The position numbers and the translations under genes are program-made. A stretch of DNA of 64,000 nt from Octopus vulgaris (Eukaryota): NCBI GenBank assembly GCA_951406725.2, contig OX597837.1, positions 37,758,001 to 37,822,000 of the forward strand, given 5' to 3'. Shown here piece by piece: positions 37,082 through 51,625 of the stretch. A model generated the notes under the pieces. That model was not told the origin of the DNA. It did no database searches and saw only the letters and a list, made by a program, of their open reading frames with translations. Within the stretch, counting starts at the first letter, position 1, and the number at the start of each line of letters is the position of its first letter.

Positions 37082-37302
37082 CCCTTTTGTTACCATATTT
37101 CTGTTGAGATGCTCTGTGTTTCATTCGATTGATTTTAAATGTGACAAAGAATTTAGTAAAATAACTTAGTTATCATTCAGCTAGTTTAGGAACATAAATT
37201 GGGACTAAGGTTTGGTGGAAGATTTTAATTCAAAACTCATGAAAACAAGATATTTGTACTACAGAGACAGAGCCGATTTGAGCCTGGTTAGTAACGAAAG
37301 GG
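37082..37302 (+). mobile_element. piggyBac-type MITE family 1, complete
   Basis: TTAA-CCCTTTTGTTAC...GTAACGAAAGGG-TTAA. Confidence 0.88.
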
Positions 37303-38010
37303 TTAAGGTTTCAAATGCTAGTTTCACCCTCGCATTACCAATTTCTTTTGAAATATGTACACATAGTTTCAACTGATTTTTTTTTTAAAAACTAAAAATT
37401 CAGTAAAATAAGTTTAGTTGGGCCTGGCTGTGTGGTAAGAAGCCTATTTCTCAACCACATGGTTCTAGGTTTAGTCCCACTCTGTGGTACCTTGGGCATG
37501 TATCTTCTGCTATAGCCTCTTGCCAACCAAACCCTTGTTAGTGGATTAGGTAGACAGAAACTAAATGATGCATGTTACATAAATATATATATTTATATAT
37601 GTATACATGTGTGTGTGTGTGTCTTTGGTTGTCTCCCCGCTATCGCTTGACAACTGATGTTAGTGTGTTCATGTCCCGTAACTTAACAGTTCGGCAAAAG
37701 GGACTGACAGACTAAGTACTAGACTTACAAAGAATAAGTCCTGGAGTTGATTTCTTTGACTAAAAACCCTTTAAGGCGGCACTCCAGCATGGCCGCAGTC
37801 AAATGACTGAAACAAGCGAAAGAATAAAAGAATATATATATATATATATGTGTGTGTGTGTATGTGTGTGTATGTATATATATATGTGTATGTATATATA
37901 TATATGTGTATATATATGTGTATGTGTATATATGTGTATGTATATATATGTGTGTATGCATATATATGTGTGTGTATATATATATGTGTGTGTGTGTATA
38001 TATATATATA

Positions 38011-38079
<69 letters not shown>

Positions 38080-38236
38080 ATATATATATATATGTATGTG
38101 TATATATGTGTGTATATATATATGTGTGTGTATATATATATATATATATGTCCGTGTTTTTTGTATCGTCTTCTAAATGTTTTATGTTCTTGTCCCAGTT
38201 TGTATTTTTCTACATATAATATACATATATATATAT

Positions 38237-38269
<33 letters not shown>

Positions 38270-39509
38270 CAAAGACACACACACGTAAGTGTGCGCGTAA
38301 ACATTGATCTTCTGTGGTAATGTACAATACAATATTACCATTTGCTTCATTCGATTCACTGAAGCGGAACAAATGCTGAAGGTTGATTGAGCAGAAATGT
38401 CATGGCACAATCAGTAGCATGGAAAACATCTGTTACTAATGTAAATGTATGTATATGTATATAAATATATACACACACACATACTTTATATATTTATATA
38501 TGTATATATATATGCACACACACATATACATACATATATAAATATATACACATACATTATAAATACATATATATATAAACACATACATGTACATACATAT
38601 ATAAACACATATACATACATACATATATATATACACATATATACATACATACATACATATATACACATACATACATATATATGAATACATACATATATAC
38701 ACATACATATATACACATACATACATACGAATATATACATATATATACACATATATACACATACATACATATGAATATATACATATATATACACATACAT
38801 ACATATGAATATATACATATATATATGCATATATACACATACATACATATATACATATATATACACATACATACATATACACATATATATACACATACAT
38901 ACATACATATATATACACATACATACATATACACATACATACATATACACATACATACATACATATACATACATATATATATATATACACATACATACAT
39001 ATATATATACACATACATACATATACACATACATACATATACACATACATACATACATATACACATACATACATATATATATATATACACATACATACAT
39101 ATATATATATATATACACATACATACATATATATATATATACACATACATACATATATATATATACACATACATACATATATATATACACATACATACAT
39201 ACATATATATACACATACATACATATATATATATACACATACATACATATATACACATACATACATACATATATATATATACACATACATACATATATAT
39301 ATATACACACATACATACATATATATATATACACACATACATACATATATATATATACACATACATACATATATATATATACACATACATACATATATAT
39401 ATACACATACATATATATACACATACATACATATATATACACACATACATATATATACACATACATACATATATACACATACATACACATATCTATATAC
39501 ACATATACA

Positions 39510-39541
<32 letters not shown>

Positions 39542-39939
39542 CACACACAAAAATACATACATAAATACATACACATACATAAATATACACATACTTATAT
39601 ATATACACACACACACACATGGTGTGTAGCTGGTGAGTCAGTGCTATGACCCATGTGATGTATTCCTCAAATCTTATCCTCATCTACGAAGGAGGAGGAG
39701 GAGGAGGAGACGGTGATGGTGGATGTGAACATTCAAAGAAGACATCACAGATGGTGCGGGGAGGAGGAGTGAAGTGGAGGCTAGGACAGCGGATATTCTT
39801 CTGGTCTAGGAGACAGCAACAACAACAACAACAACAGCAACACTGTATTAAGACTACAAAACATGCAGCTGCCATACCTATACTCAATCAGAATGTCAGA
39901 GTATGATACAGAAGGGAGAATTTAGGGGGAAAATCCTAG

Positions 39940-40094
39940 ACGCGGGAGTGGCTGTGTGGTAAGTAGCTTGCTTACGAACCACATGGTTCCGGGTTCAGTC
40001 CTACTGCGTCGCACCTAGGGCAAGTGTCTTCTACTATAGCCTCGGGCCGACCAAAGCCTTGTGAGTGGATTTGGTAGACGGAGAGAATCCCGTC

Positions 40095-40129
<35 letters not shown>

Positions 40130-40527
40130 CGTAGGAGCGGCTGTGTGGTAAGTAGCTTGATTACCAACCACATGGTTCCGGGTTCAGTCCCACTGCGTGG
40201 CACCTTGGGCAAGTGTCTTCTACTATAGCCTCGGGCTGACCAAAGCCTTCTGACAGGATTTGGTAGACGGAAACTGAAAGAATCCCGTCGTATATATGTA
40301 TATATATGTGTGTGTGCGTATATGTTTGTGTGTCTGTGTTTGTCACCCCAACATCGCTTGACAACTGATGCTGGTGTGTTTACGTCCCCGTAACTTAGTG
40401 GTTCGGCGAAAGAGCCCCGATAGAATAAGTACTAGGCTTACAAAGAATAAGTCCTGGGGGTCGATTTGCTCGACTAAAAGGTGGTGCTCCAGCATGGCCA
40501 CAGTCAAATGACTGAAACAAGTAAAAG
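39940..40527 (+). mobile_element. SINE family A with duplicated 5' half
   Basis: Head at 39940-40097, then (TA)n, then a full copy at 40127-40527. Confidence 0.88.
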
Positions 40528-41162
40528 CGTAATGAGTAATATAACCCAGCCTAACAACGCCAAAATGACATCAGGTCATCATCCCCAACATCACCGTTGT
40601 CATCGTTACCACCGTCATCATTGCTGTTGTCACTATCATTGTCATCTTCGTCATCATGATTTCAGCGTCCACGTTTCCAGTGCTTGCATGGCTTGGATGG
40701 AATTTACCGCAGCAGATTTTCCAAGGTGGAATGCCTTCCCTGTCACCAACCCTTACTTGATTCCAAGTAAGGTAATATCTCTCTGTGTCGGGACATGTTC
40801 CCACAGAAGAGACGCACATCGTCGTACATTGCTTGTACGATGATGATGATGATGATGTTTATTTACAACCATCACATGATGTCAGGACAAGAGCAGAAAC
40901 ACACACAGAGAAAGGATGCACTTCATCAGAATTTTTTTGACTGGAGTCCAGTAGAACTAACCAACCTAAATCCTTGTTAGAGTATCCATGGAGATGAAGT
41001 AAGGATTGGCTCCTTGCATTCAAACTCCTAAATTTTTTTCCTACATATGTCTATGTTTTTGCATTGGCAATACTTTTCTGTATATATATATATATGTATA
41101 TAAATATATATATATATGTAGACATAAATGCTTTCCCAAATGAATTTGCATTTCATTTTTGA

Positions 41163-41243
41163 AGCTCTGATGAAGCAATAGGATGATACACAAACACCCA
41201 ACTACGAGTGGATTGCATCTTATAGCAGAAACAACTGTAAGCT
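41163..41243 (+). ncRNA. Type-I hammerhead ribozyme motif, long stem II family (degenerate)
   Basis: AGCT-CTGATGA-A-GCAATAGGATG...CATCTTATAGC-A-GAAAC-AACT-GTA-AGCT. Stem I AGCT/AGCT, intact core, near-palindromic stem III (ACAACTGT), GUA cleavage triplet ending at 41239. Confidence 0.65.
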
Positions 41244-42176
41244 AATGAAGCTCATGACAGTTTCTTATTCCCTTGTCAATTATTTCTTCATAAATATATT
41301 TACGTGCGCACGCAAAGAGACTAATAGAGTAAGTACTAAGCTTTAAAAATAAGTCCTGATGTCGAATTGTTCAACAAAAACACTTTTAAGGCAGTGCTCC
41401 ACCATGGCCACAGTCAAGTGACTGAAATAAGTTAAAGAAATATATGTACACACACACACATACACGTGTTTGTGTGTGTGAGTGCAGAGTCTGATCAGAG
41501 AGCCTCTAAGTGGTTGTTCAAATTGCTAGACACACCAGCCAGATCCAACTTGAATCGCAGCCTAGTGCCATTTTAAATAAAGGTACCACTAGGTAATGTA
41601 GTCCTTCATTGATCCCACCCCACCTCTTCCCTATGGGCTAATCACACTTTCGATCGTAAGCAGTGGGCCTAATTAAAACCTTTCTGGAACTAAACAACAA
41701 CAATAATAACAAAGATGGTCTTACCTCCATGTAGTGCCAGATGGAAGGACCAAGCTCCTACAAAGATTTATCTTCATCTTTTAATGTCCATCCTTCTTGC
41801 TGACATGGATTCAATTGTTAGAATTCGACAGGCCCTGAGTGCCGCCATGTGCTCTGTCTGCTTTGGAATGGTCTCTACAACAGCGTGTCCTTCCTAGAAA
41901 TAACAAATAACATCAATAATAATAACAATAGTAATAACCATAACCGTTTCTACTAAAGGCACAAGGCCTGAAAATTGAGGGGAAGGGACTGGTCAGTTAC
42001 ATTGACCCCTTCCCCCGTGTTTTACTGGTACTTATTTAATCGGCCCCCGAGAGGATGAAAGGCAAAGCCAACCCCGGCGGAATTTGAACCCAGAATGTAG
42101 CAATGGGGGAAATTCTGTGAAACATTTCGCCCAGCTCGCCATCTTAACAACAACAACAAATAATAATAATAATAAT

Positions 42177-42211
<35 letters not shown>

Positions 42212-45193
42212 TATAATGATAATAAATAATAATGATAATAATGATGATGATGATGATAATTAATTCTGGTTTTATTGGCCACAAGGGCTAATATAAAACC
42301 AAAAACATGAAACGACAAACATAGGACGATAGAAAAAGGGTTTTGCGAAAAAAAAAAAGGTCCATGTAAACATGATAACAAGAGAAATTCAACAAGTAAA
42401 AAAACTCCCAATGATAATAACAATAATAATGATGATGATGATGATGATAACAATAGCAACTATAATAAGGATACCAAGTATAATAATCTTTTCTGCTATA
42501 TAGGCACAAAGCCTGAAATTTGGGGGAAGAGATTAAGTCAGTTACATTGACCCCCCCCCCAGCATGTAACTGGTACTTATTTAATCAATCCTGGTGGAAT
42601 TTGAACTCAGAACGTAGCAATTTCACCCGGCATGCTAACGATTCTGCCAGCTCGCCACTTTAGTAATAATAATAACAACAACAACAATAATGGGCAGCAA
42701 TTTTTGGGGAGGGAACAAGTCAATTATATTGACCCCAGTACTCCGCTGGTACTTAATTTATCGACCCCAAAAGGATGAAAGACAAAGTTGACCTCAGCGG
42801 AATTTGAACTCAGAAAGTAGCGATGAACGAAATACCTGGCATGCTAACAATTCTGCTAGTTCACCACCTTAATAATAATAATAATAATGATAATCCATAG
42901 AGGCAGAGGAAGGAAATAAAGCGTCTTGCTCAAGAACACAACACACAGCCCAGTCTGGGAACCGAACTTACTTTCTCATGATTGTAAGTCCAGTGCCCTA
43001 ACTACTGAGCCTGATGTCCGTTTTCCCATGCTGGCATGGGTTGAACGGTTTGACAGGAGCTGACCAACTGAAGAGCTGCCCTCACTCCATGTCTGTTTTG
43101 GCATGGTTTCTACAGCTGGATGCCCTTCCTAATGCCAACTACTACGAGAGTGTTATGGGTGCTTTTTCGCAGCATTGGCACAGGTGTTTACATGACACCA
43201 GCGCCCACGAGACGCATGATTAGGAATACTCAGCCGGAGAGAGATGCAGGGGACAAGCCTGTAACAATATATATATATCATTGTCATCATCATCATCGTT
43301 TAACATCTACTTTCCATGCTGGCATGGGTTGGATGGTTTGACTGAGGACTGGCAAACCAGGGGACTGCACCAGGCTCCAATCTGATCTGGCAAGGTTTCT
43401 ACAGTTGGATGCCCTTCCAAACACCAGCCACTCTGAGAGTGTAGTGGGTGGTTTTTTACATGCCACTGGCACGGGGGCCAGTCGAATGATGCTTTTCACG
43501 TACCTACACACACACACACACAGAGGAAGGGCATTCATCCATGGAAAATTTATCTCAACAAATTCCATCTGACCCATGTATTACTATATCATTTTATTAA
43601 TTGTAGATGCAGGTGTGGCTGTGTGGTAAGAAGCTTGCTTCCCAACCACAGGGTTCTGGGTTCAGTCCCATTTCATGGCATCTTGAGTTAGTGTCTCTTA
43701 TTATAGCCTCTGACTGACCAAAGCCTTGTGAATGGATTTGGCAGATCGAAACTACATGAAGCCTGTGGTATATGTGTGTGTGTGTGTGTTTGTCTCCCAC
43801 CACAGCTTGATAACCAGTGTTGCTTTGTTTATGTTCCCATAACTTAACAGTTAAGCAAAATGAGCCAATAAAGTAAGTACCAGGTTTAAAAAACAACTAT
43901 GAGTCGATTCGTTTTGATTAAAAACTCAAGGTGGTGCTCCAGCATGGCCACAGTCTAATGGTAAATAAGTAAAAAGCAAAAAGTAAAAGGCAGACTATCG
44001 AACATTGTTGACCCCTCTGATCACAATGCGCTTACTTGCCATGCTGTAGCTTTCGAATGATGCCACACCCCTGCTGGTCAGGCAGGCAACCCAGCACTGT
44101 CTTGGAATGGGACCATTAGTCCATTGCAGGATGACCCGTGTACAGCTGAGTGGACTGGGGCAATGTGAAATGAAGTGTTTTGCTCAAGGAGCACTATGTA
44201 CTGCTGCCCTGGAAATTGAAACCACGGTCATGTGATTGTGAATGCAACCCCCTAACCACTAAGCCATGCCGCCTTCACCTCACACTTCCCAACTACATGG
44301 TTCCAGGTTCAGTCCCAGTGTGTGGCACCTTGGGCAAATGTCTTCTACTAAAGCCTTGTGAGTGGATTTGGTAGACGGAAACTGAAAGAAGCCTCCCATA
44401 TATATATCCTTAAAAATGTTTTAGCCCGAAGGCTGCGGCCATGCTGGGGCATATATATATATATGTATTTACGTGTGTTTGTCTCCCCCCGCCATCCATT
44501 ATTGCTTGACAACCAATGTTGGTGTGTTTACGTCCCTGTAACTTTGCAGTTACAGGGATAAGTTGTGGGGGTCAATTTATTCGGCTAAAACCCTTTGAGG
44601 CGGTGCTCCAGCATGGTCGCACCGAAATGACTGAAACAGATAAAAGAATGATGATGATGTTGATGGTGACGATGATGGTTTTTCATGTGAAAAACAGCAG
44701 AAATATTTCAGTTTTGACTTTGATCAACTTACACCTTTTATTTTTTTTAACCGGAATTTCAAGGGTGTGTGTGTGTGTGAGAGAGAGAGTAGAAGTGAAA
44801 AGAAGAGTAAGAGGAGAGGGAGACAGCAAGTAAACAGAGTAGTGAAAGAATGATAGAGAGAGAGAGAGAGAGGGGGAGAGAGAAATATACACACACACAC
44901 GCATGCATACGTGTGCATACACAGAAATATGACTGAAGCTAAACTACATGTGAAGGTCATGACCTCCATTGAGGCAGTATGTGCTTGTGGGAGAGATTCA
45001 CTCTAATTTCTACACACACACACACACATGCGTGCATATACACACACACAGGGAGGTGGGGTGATGCAATATTAAATAAAAAAAAAAATAAATGGAATTC
45101 AATGCCAAGACTCATGTATTTAACACGTGTCGGCTGTAATTGATATATGTACATTAATATTAATTAGCATGATAATATATGCTAGAGTATATA

Positions 45194-45239
<46 letters not shown>

Positions 45240-45287
45240 TATATATATACATATACATATATATATATATATATATATGAAGTTAAT

Positions 45288-45479
45288 CCAAACAAGAAAG
45301 CACAAAAAAACACAACAACGCAAGGACGTGGAACAAATATAGTATTATTGGATGCTCAGGAAAGAAGGAGGGTTTAACGTTTCGAGTGGAGCTCTTCGTT
45401 GGAAACATAGGAGAAGGAAAGATCCAGAGAAGGGAAGATGGAGGAAAAAAAATCGCCAACGGTACACACGAGGTCACAA
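45288..45479 (-). mobile_element. Penelope pLTR/retrozyme-like unit inserted in (TA)n, with hammerhead remnant at 45372-45406
   Basis: Minus strand GTTT-CCAACGA-A-GAG-CTCCA-CTC-GAAAC-GTT-AAAC. Stems I-III are intact, but the core deviates from CUGANGA. (TA)n on both sides. Confidence 0.6.
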
Positions 45480-45811
45480 TATATATATATGTGTTTATAT
45501 ATATACACACATACACATACATATAAATACACACACATATATATAAATACATACACACATCCATACATATATACATGTACAAACGTGTGTTATAGCGTTG
45601 GCCCAATGCTATAACAGAAGACACTTGTCTAGGGTGCTATGCAGTGGGACTGAACCTGAAACCATGTGGTTGGGAAGCAAGCTTCTTACCACACAGCCAC
45701 ACCTGCGCCTATACACTCACACACACACACACATGTAGCCCTGGGCTTTACCAGTTCCTATCAATCTGTCCAATCCATGGAAAATGGTTGTTAAACGATG
45801 ATGACGATATC

Positions 45812-46217
45812 TTTTATTGGTTTTAGCCCAGGGCTGAGGTCATGCTGGAGCACCACCTGTAGTTACTCGGTATTGTTTCTGATACTGTTTTTGGTGAAGT
45901 AGTGAGTTGGATGGAGCTGCTCCTCTTTGCGCCTCCTGCCACGATGTGGGTTCATCTGGCATCTCAGACAGAAATCTGTCCAGACATTCCTTGAAAACTT
46001 CCGCATCAACACCATGTAGATCTCCAGGGTTGCCTGAAAGGATGTTGAGCAATTTCAGGCCCTTAAAATCCAGACTATTGCAGTATTGTGTCCTTATTTT
46101 AGATGGGGACAACGGGATCTTTGGTATGATGCAATGCCATCCAGTTTGAGGATTGGTATAGCTGTCAATTCCAAAACTGGGAGCTAAACCCTCCAAAATC
46201 TTCCAGATATACAACAT
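45812..46217 (-). mobile_element. CR1/L2-group LINE 3' end
   Basis: ORF YIWKILEGLAPSFGI..FKECLDRFLSEMPDEP is homologous to 23589-23945; tail ggtggtgctccagcatg. Confidence 0.85.
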
Positions 46218-46227
46218 ATATATATAT

Positions 46228-46912
46228 CATGCTGGTGGCACATAAAAAGCATCATTCAAGCGTGATCGTTACCCGTGTTGCCTTACTGGCACGTGAAAAA
46301 ACATTCGAGCGAGGTTGTTGCCAGTGCCGCTAGACTGGCTTGTGTGCAGGTGGCACATAAAAAAACACCATTTTGAGCGTGGCCGTTGCCAGTACCGCCT
46401 GACTGGCCCTCGTGCCGGTAGCATGTAAAAGCACCCTCTACACTCTCAGAGTGGTTGGCGTTAGGAAGGGCATCTGGCTGTAGAAACATTGCCAAATCAA
46501 GATTGGAGCCTGGTGCAGCCATCTGGTTCACCAGTCCTCAGTCAAATCATCCAACCCATGCTAGCATGGAAAGCAGACCTTAAATTGTAGATGTGATCCC
46601 TGTGCCGGTGGCACATAAAAAGCACTATCCAAACGTGGCCAATGCCAGAGCTGCCTTGACTGACTTCTGTGCTGGTGGCACATAAAAAGCACCAACCGAT
46701 CGTGGCCATTGCCTGCCTCACCTGGCACCTGTGCCGGTGGCATGTAAAAAGCACCCACTACACTCACGGAGTGGTTGGCGTTAGGAAGTGCATCCAGCTG
46801 TAGAAACACTGCCAGATCAAGATTGGAGCCTGGTGCAGCCTTCTGGCTTCCCAGACCCCGGTCGAACCGTCCAACCCATGCTAGCATGGAAAACGGACAT
46901 TAAACGATAATG
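46228..46912 (+). mobile_element. Two tandem RTE 3'UTR-derived units with internal ggtggcac(g/a)taaaaagc subrepeats
   Basis: Each unit ends ccaacccatgctagcatggaaa..ttaaa. Confidence 0.75.
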
Positions 46913-47839
46913 ATTATATGTATATAGTAATAATAACAATAACCCTAGGATGGAATTTACAAGCATTCACTGCATTGCTATGTGTGTTTCCACAAATCCC
47001 ATGTCTCTTAAGATCGAGGTGTAGTCTGTGGTATCCTTGGGTATCCGGTTGATCATCATCATCATTGATTCATTTCCTCAGGTGATATAACATTGATTGA
47101 TGTTTAACAGAGGGATGCTTACCTCTTTTGACCAATACAAAGGTTGATTAAATCACACACACACACACACACACGTGTGTATATTACAGAAAATAAAGGA
47201 AATCTTCAATGCAGATTTAACTGTGAAAAACAGCTTAGAAGATTGGGGAACTGCCCTTAGAAAATGTAAAATGAGTAGCAAGCTGCTACACGGAATTGAA
47301 CTGGGCACCTCTGGGATTCTGGTTGAGTGCTCTGTGCCTTTGTATCTCTGTGTTTCTTATTCATATCTTTACTCTATTATCAGTTGAACTACATAAAACA
47401 CACATATGTATTTCTTTCTTTCTACCTATCTATATATATCTACCTATCTGTCTGCATGTATGTATGTATGTAGGTATGTATGTATACACACACACACATC
47501 TATGTATGGAAGCGGTGGAGAGAGATATGTATGTGTGTGAATGTATTTATTTACTCCTACCAAATTTAGGGTACAATGCTTCGTTTACGCATGAATGTCC
47601 AGTTAAATAGGAGATTTGCAAAAGAAAAAAATATTACCTTTTAACCTGTTTAACTGGTTAACATGTTTCTCAAAGCATATATCACACACAGTAAGTGTGT
47701 GTGGTATATGTGTGTATATATATATATATATACACACACACACATATATATATATACACATATATATATATATACACACATATATATATACACACACATA
47801 TATATATACACATATATATATGCACACATATATGTATAC

Positions 47840-47870
<31 letters not shown>

Positions 47871-47969
47871 TATATATTCATATCATCATCATCATCATTG
47901 TTTAACATCCGTTTGCCATGCTGGCATATATATATATATATATGTATGTATATATTTAGAGAGAGAGGG

Positions 47970-48950
47970 ACCAGCTATCTGAGTTGACAGTACCTTGGTA
48001 GATAAAGCAATTAAAAGTATGAAGATAGGGAAAGCCCTTGGTCCATCAGGAATCTCTGCAGAGATGCTCAAAATATTTGGCAGTGTGGGCTACAGCCTAG
48101 TCACCTGTATAGTTAACCAGGTGATACACGAAGGAGTCATACCCAATGACTGGTGTAGCAGCACTATAATCAACTGCTACAAAACTAAAGGTGACGCTTT
48201 AGATACAAATAGTTACAGAGGTATCAAGTTGTTGGATCGGGTAATGAAGGTCACGGGGAGGGTCATAGCCCAACTAACTAGGGGGAGAGTCAGTTTAGGT
48301 GAGATGCAGTTTGGGTTCATGTTGGGGAAAAGCATCACTGATGCTATATTTCTGGTAAGACAGCTGCAGGAGAAATACCTAGTCAAAGATAAACCCCTGT
48401 ACCTGGCTTTCGTTGACATGGAGAAAACCTTTGACAGGGTCCCCCGATCTCTTATCTGGTGGTCAATGAGGAAACTAGGGATAGATGAATGGTTAGTGAG
48501 AGCTGTGCAAGCCATGTACAGGGACGCTGTCAGTAAGGTGAGGTTTGTCAATGAGTACAGTGAAGAATTCCGGGTAGAGGTAGGGGTCAACCAAGGTTCA
48601 GTCCTTAGCCCCCGCCTATTTATCATAGTCCTCCAGGCAATAAGAGAGGAATTCAAGACATAATGCCTCTGGGAGCTCTTCTATGCTGTCGGCCTTGCTC
48701 TAATTGCTGAGTCACTATCAGAACTTGAGAAGTTTCAGGTGTGGAAACAAGGATTAGAATTGAAGGGCCTTAGAGTCAACCTAGCTAAAACCAAAGTCCT
48801 AATAAGTAGGAATGCAGACAAAGCACAAATCCCTTCAGGCAGATGGCCCTGCTCATCTGTAGAAAAGGCATAGGTAGAAACTCTATAAGATGTACCCAGT
48901 GTAAGCTATGGACACATAAGAGGTGCAGCAATATCAAAGGAAGGCTAACA
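47970..48950 (+). mobile_element. RTE-clade LINE reverse transcriptase fragment (pseudogene)
   Basis: ORF 47995-48663: GKALGPSGI..YRGIKLL..QFGF..DAIF..FVDMEKTFDRV..GVNQGSVLSP. A stop precedes the degenerate YADD motif. Followed by [17 protein letters not shown]. Flanked by (TA)n. Confidence 0.92.
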
Positions 48951-48952
48951 TA

Positions 48953-49028
<76 letters not shown>

Positions 49029-49657
49029 CATACATACATATATACTTATACACGGGAAGGGCAAAGGCCACTACAGATTGGCACCAGTGACATAGCAACT
49101 CATTTCTACGGCTGAGTGAACTGGAGCAATGTGAAATAAAGTGTCTTGCTCAAGAACACAACACACAGCCTGGTCCAGGAATTGAACCAACTACCTCATG
49201 ATTGCGAGCCTGACACTCTAACCAATGAAGAATTTAATAAAATAATTTTGTCATAATTAAACCGGTGTTTGGAACATGAATTAAAAGGAAGTTTTAACAG
49301 AAGATTTCAGTGTAGATAACTTTAAAACAGGAAGTCTGTATCACAAGGCAAGTGGCGATCTAAGGCAGTTCAGCAGTCGTGGGTTCAATCCCTGGACTGC
49401 ACAATGTGTTGTGCTCTTGAACAACGCCCTCCATTTCGCACTGCCCACCCTGTCTATTCCATTGAAAAGTGAGTACCAACTAAATGTTGATGCCACTCTC
49501 ACTTTTTCTCTTCCCTTCGTCAAAAGGTGAGTGAGCTGAGAGGCTATCTATATGCCATCTCATGATTACACAACAAAAATATATTTACCTATTAATACTC
49601 AATTTTTTAAATTGAATTTATTACCAAAAATCTTTTTTTTTTATAACTATCTGATAC

Positions 49658-49706
<49 letters not shown>

Positions 49707-49794
49707 TTATTACTGTATATGAGAGACACCCCAGTTTTGATGACTAATTACAGGTATCTCAGAAAAATACAGGTGCTGCAGAAATATGATGGAC

Positions 49795-50197
49795 TAGGAA
49801 TGGCTGTGTGGTAAGTGGCTTGCTTACGAACCACATGGTTCCAGGATCAGTCCCACTGCGTGGCACCTTGGGCAAGTGTCTTCTACTATAGCCTCGGGCG
49901 ACCAAAGCCTTTTGAGCGGATTTGGTAGATGGAAACTGAAAGAAGCCCGTCATATATATGTATATATATGTATGTATGCATATATATATATATATGTGTG
50001 TGTGTGTATATGTTTGTGTGTCTGTGTTTGACAACCGATGCTGATGTGTTTACGTCCCTGTAACTTAGCGGTTCGGCAAAAGAGACCGATAGAATAAGTA
50101 CTAGGCTTACAAAGAATAAGTCCTGGGGTCGATTTCCTTAACTAAAAGTGGTGCTCCAACATGGCCAAAGCCAAATGACTGAAACAAGTAAAAGAGT
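49795..50197 (+). mobile_element. SINE family A
   Basis: Matches the family A consensus. Confidence 0.87.
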
Positions 50198-50714
50198 ATC
50201 CTTTTGGTCCTAAAAAAAGGACCATAGGTGCTTATGGGTTAAATGTTAGCATGTTTGCAGGGGTCAGAGATACTAAGAAATGGATTTTCAAAGGCTGGAT
50301 TCCCTTCTAGTTTCCAACTAAGGTAATATTTTCCTAAAAGTGGACATTTCATGGAAGACTGAAAACAAACGATGCCAAGTATAACAACAACAACAATACT
50401 AAAGGCACAACACTTGAAATTTCAGAGGGGACTGGTCGATCACATTTGACCCCAGTACTTGACTGGTACTTAATTTATCAATTTCACAAGGATGAAAGCC
50501 AAAATCGATCTTGGTGGAATTTTAATGATGATGATGATGATGATGATAATGGTGGTGATGATGATGATCCTTTCTACTATAGGCACAAGGCCAGGAATTT
50601 TGGGGGAGGGAGAAAGTCGATTACGTCGGCCCCAGTTTCACTGGTACTTAATTTATTGACCCTGAAAGGATGAAAGCCAAAGTCAACCTCAGAGGAATTT
50701 GAATAATGATAATA

Positions 50715-51320
50715 ATAATTGCAAAAATTAGCATTACTTGGAACTGCATGCATATTGCATAAAGTAGTGTCTGTCAGAGGTCTTTGTTGTTACTTGACAA
50801 ACAGTACAAAGCTCCGGTAGATACAATATCTTCAATCAACAACGTCATGATATTGGATACTGTGCAATGTCTATAATGATAATAATAATAATAATATGAC
50901 CTTAACCAGTTGAGAATGTCCCTTAGTGGCTGACGATATGTGCATCTCTGATCACGAGCAGAAGTAGTGGGGGAGCATCATAGCCATGTGTTGAGAGAGA
51001 TTCTTTGGGGTTTGAATAATTCACCTCTGGAAACAGGGGTGGTTCTTTCAACATCCTTAAACAACCCTTATTCAGGGACCTTTTGAGCGGGATGGGCTAC
51101 TCGACCAGAACAAAATTCTAACTGAGCCCCACCTGCAAGGTCATGTGCTGTTTATCTTGATATGAGATCACCATGTCGCGCACATATGCTTGTGATGCAT
51201 GTGTCTGGTGTACCCTTATCAGACTGGTAGTCATAATGGGTATATTGGGCTTCGTATATTTTACCCCAGTATCACTTTGATGGCATGAACTGCTCTCTCA
51301 CTCAATAATAATAATAATGA
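50715..51320 (+). mobile_element. Dong/R4-like non-LTR 3' remnants in (TAA)n
   Basis: Near 50720 translates QKLALLGTACILHKVVS, resembling the R4/Dong C-terminal QKAALLGTAHILRKVL motif. Both segments (50715-50875 and 50900-51303) end in (TAA)n. Confidence 0.55.
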
Positions 51321-51625
51321 TGATGGATGATAATATTCCTTTTCAAAGTGGGTATGAAAGCTGAAAGTTTAGGGGAGGGAGAAAAGTTGATTACATAGAT
51401 TCCAGTGTTTGATGGGTACTTATTTTATTGACCCTTAAATGGATTGAAAGGTAAAGTTGACCATGGTAGGATTTGAGCTCAGAACATAGAGGCAGACGAA
51501 ATGCCATGAAGAATTTTGTTCAGCATGCTAGGGATTCTGTCAGCCATCTTACTACATGAATAAAGGGAATTCGAAAAGTCCCCATGTACCTTTTGGTCAA
51601 TGAGTATCTTCAAATGAAAGGGGCC

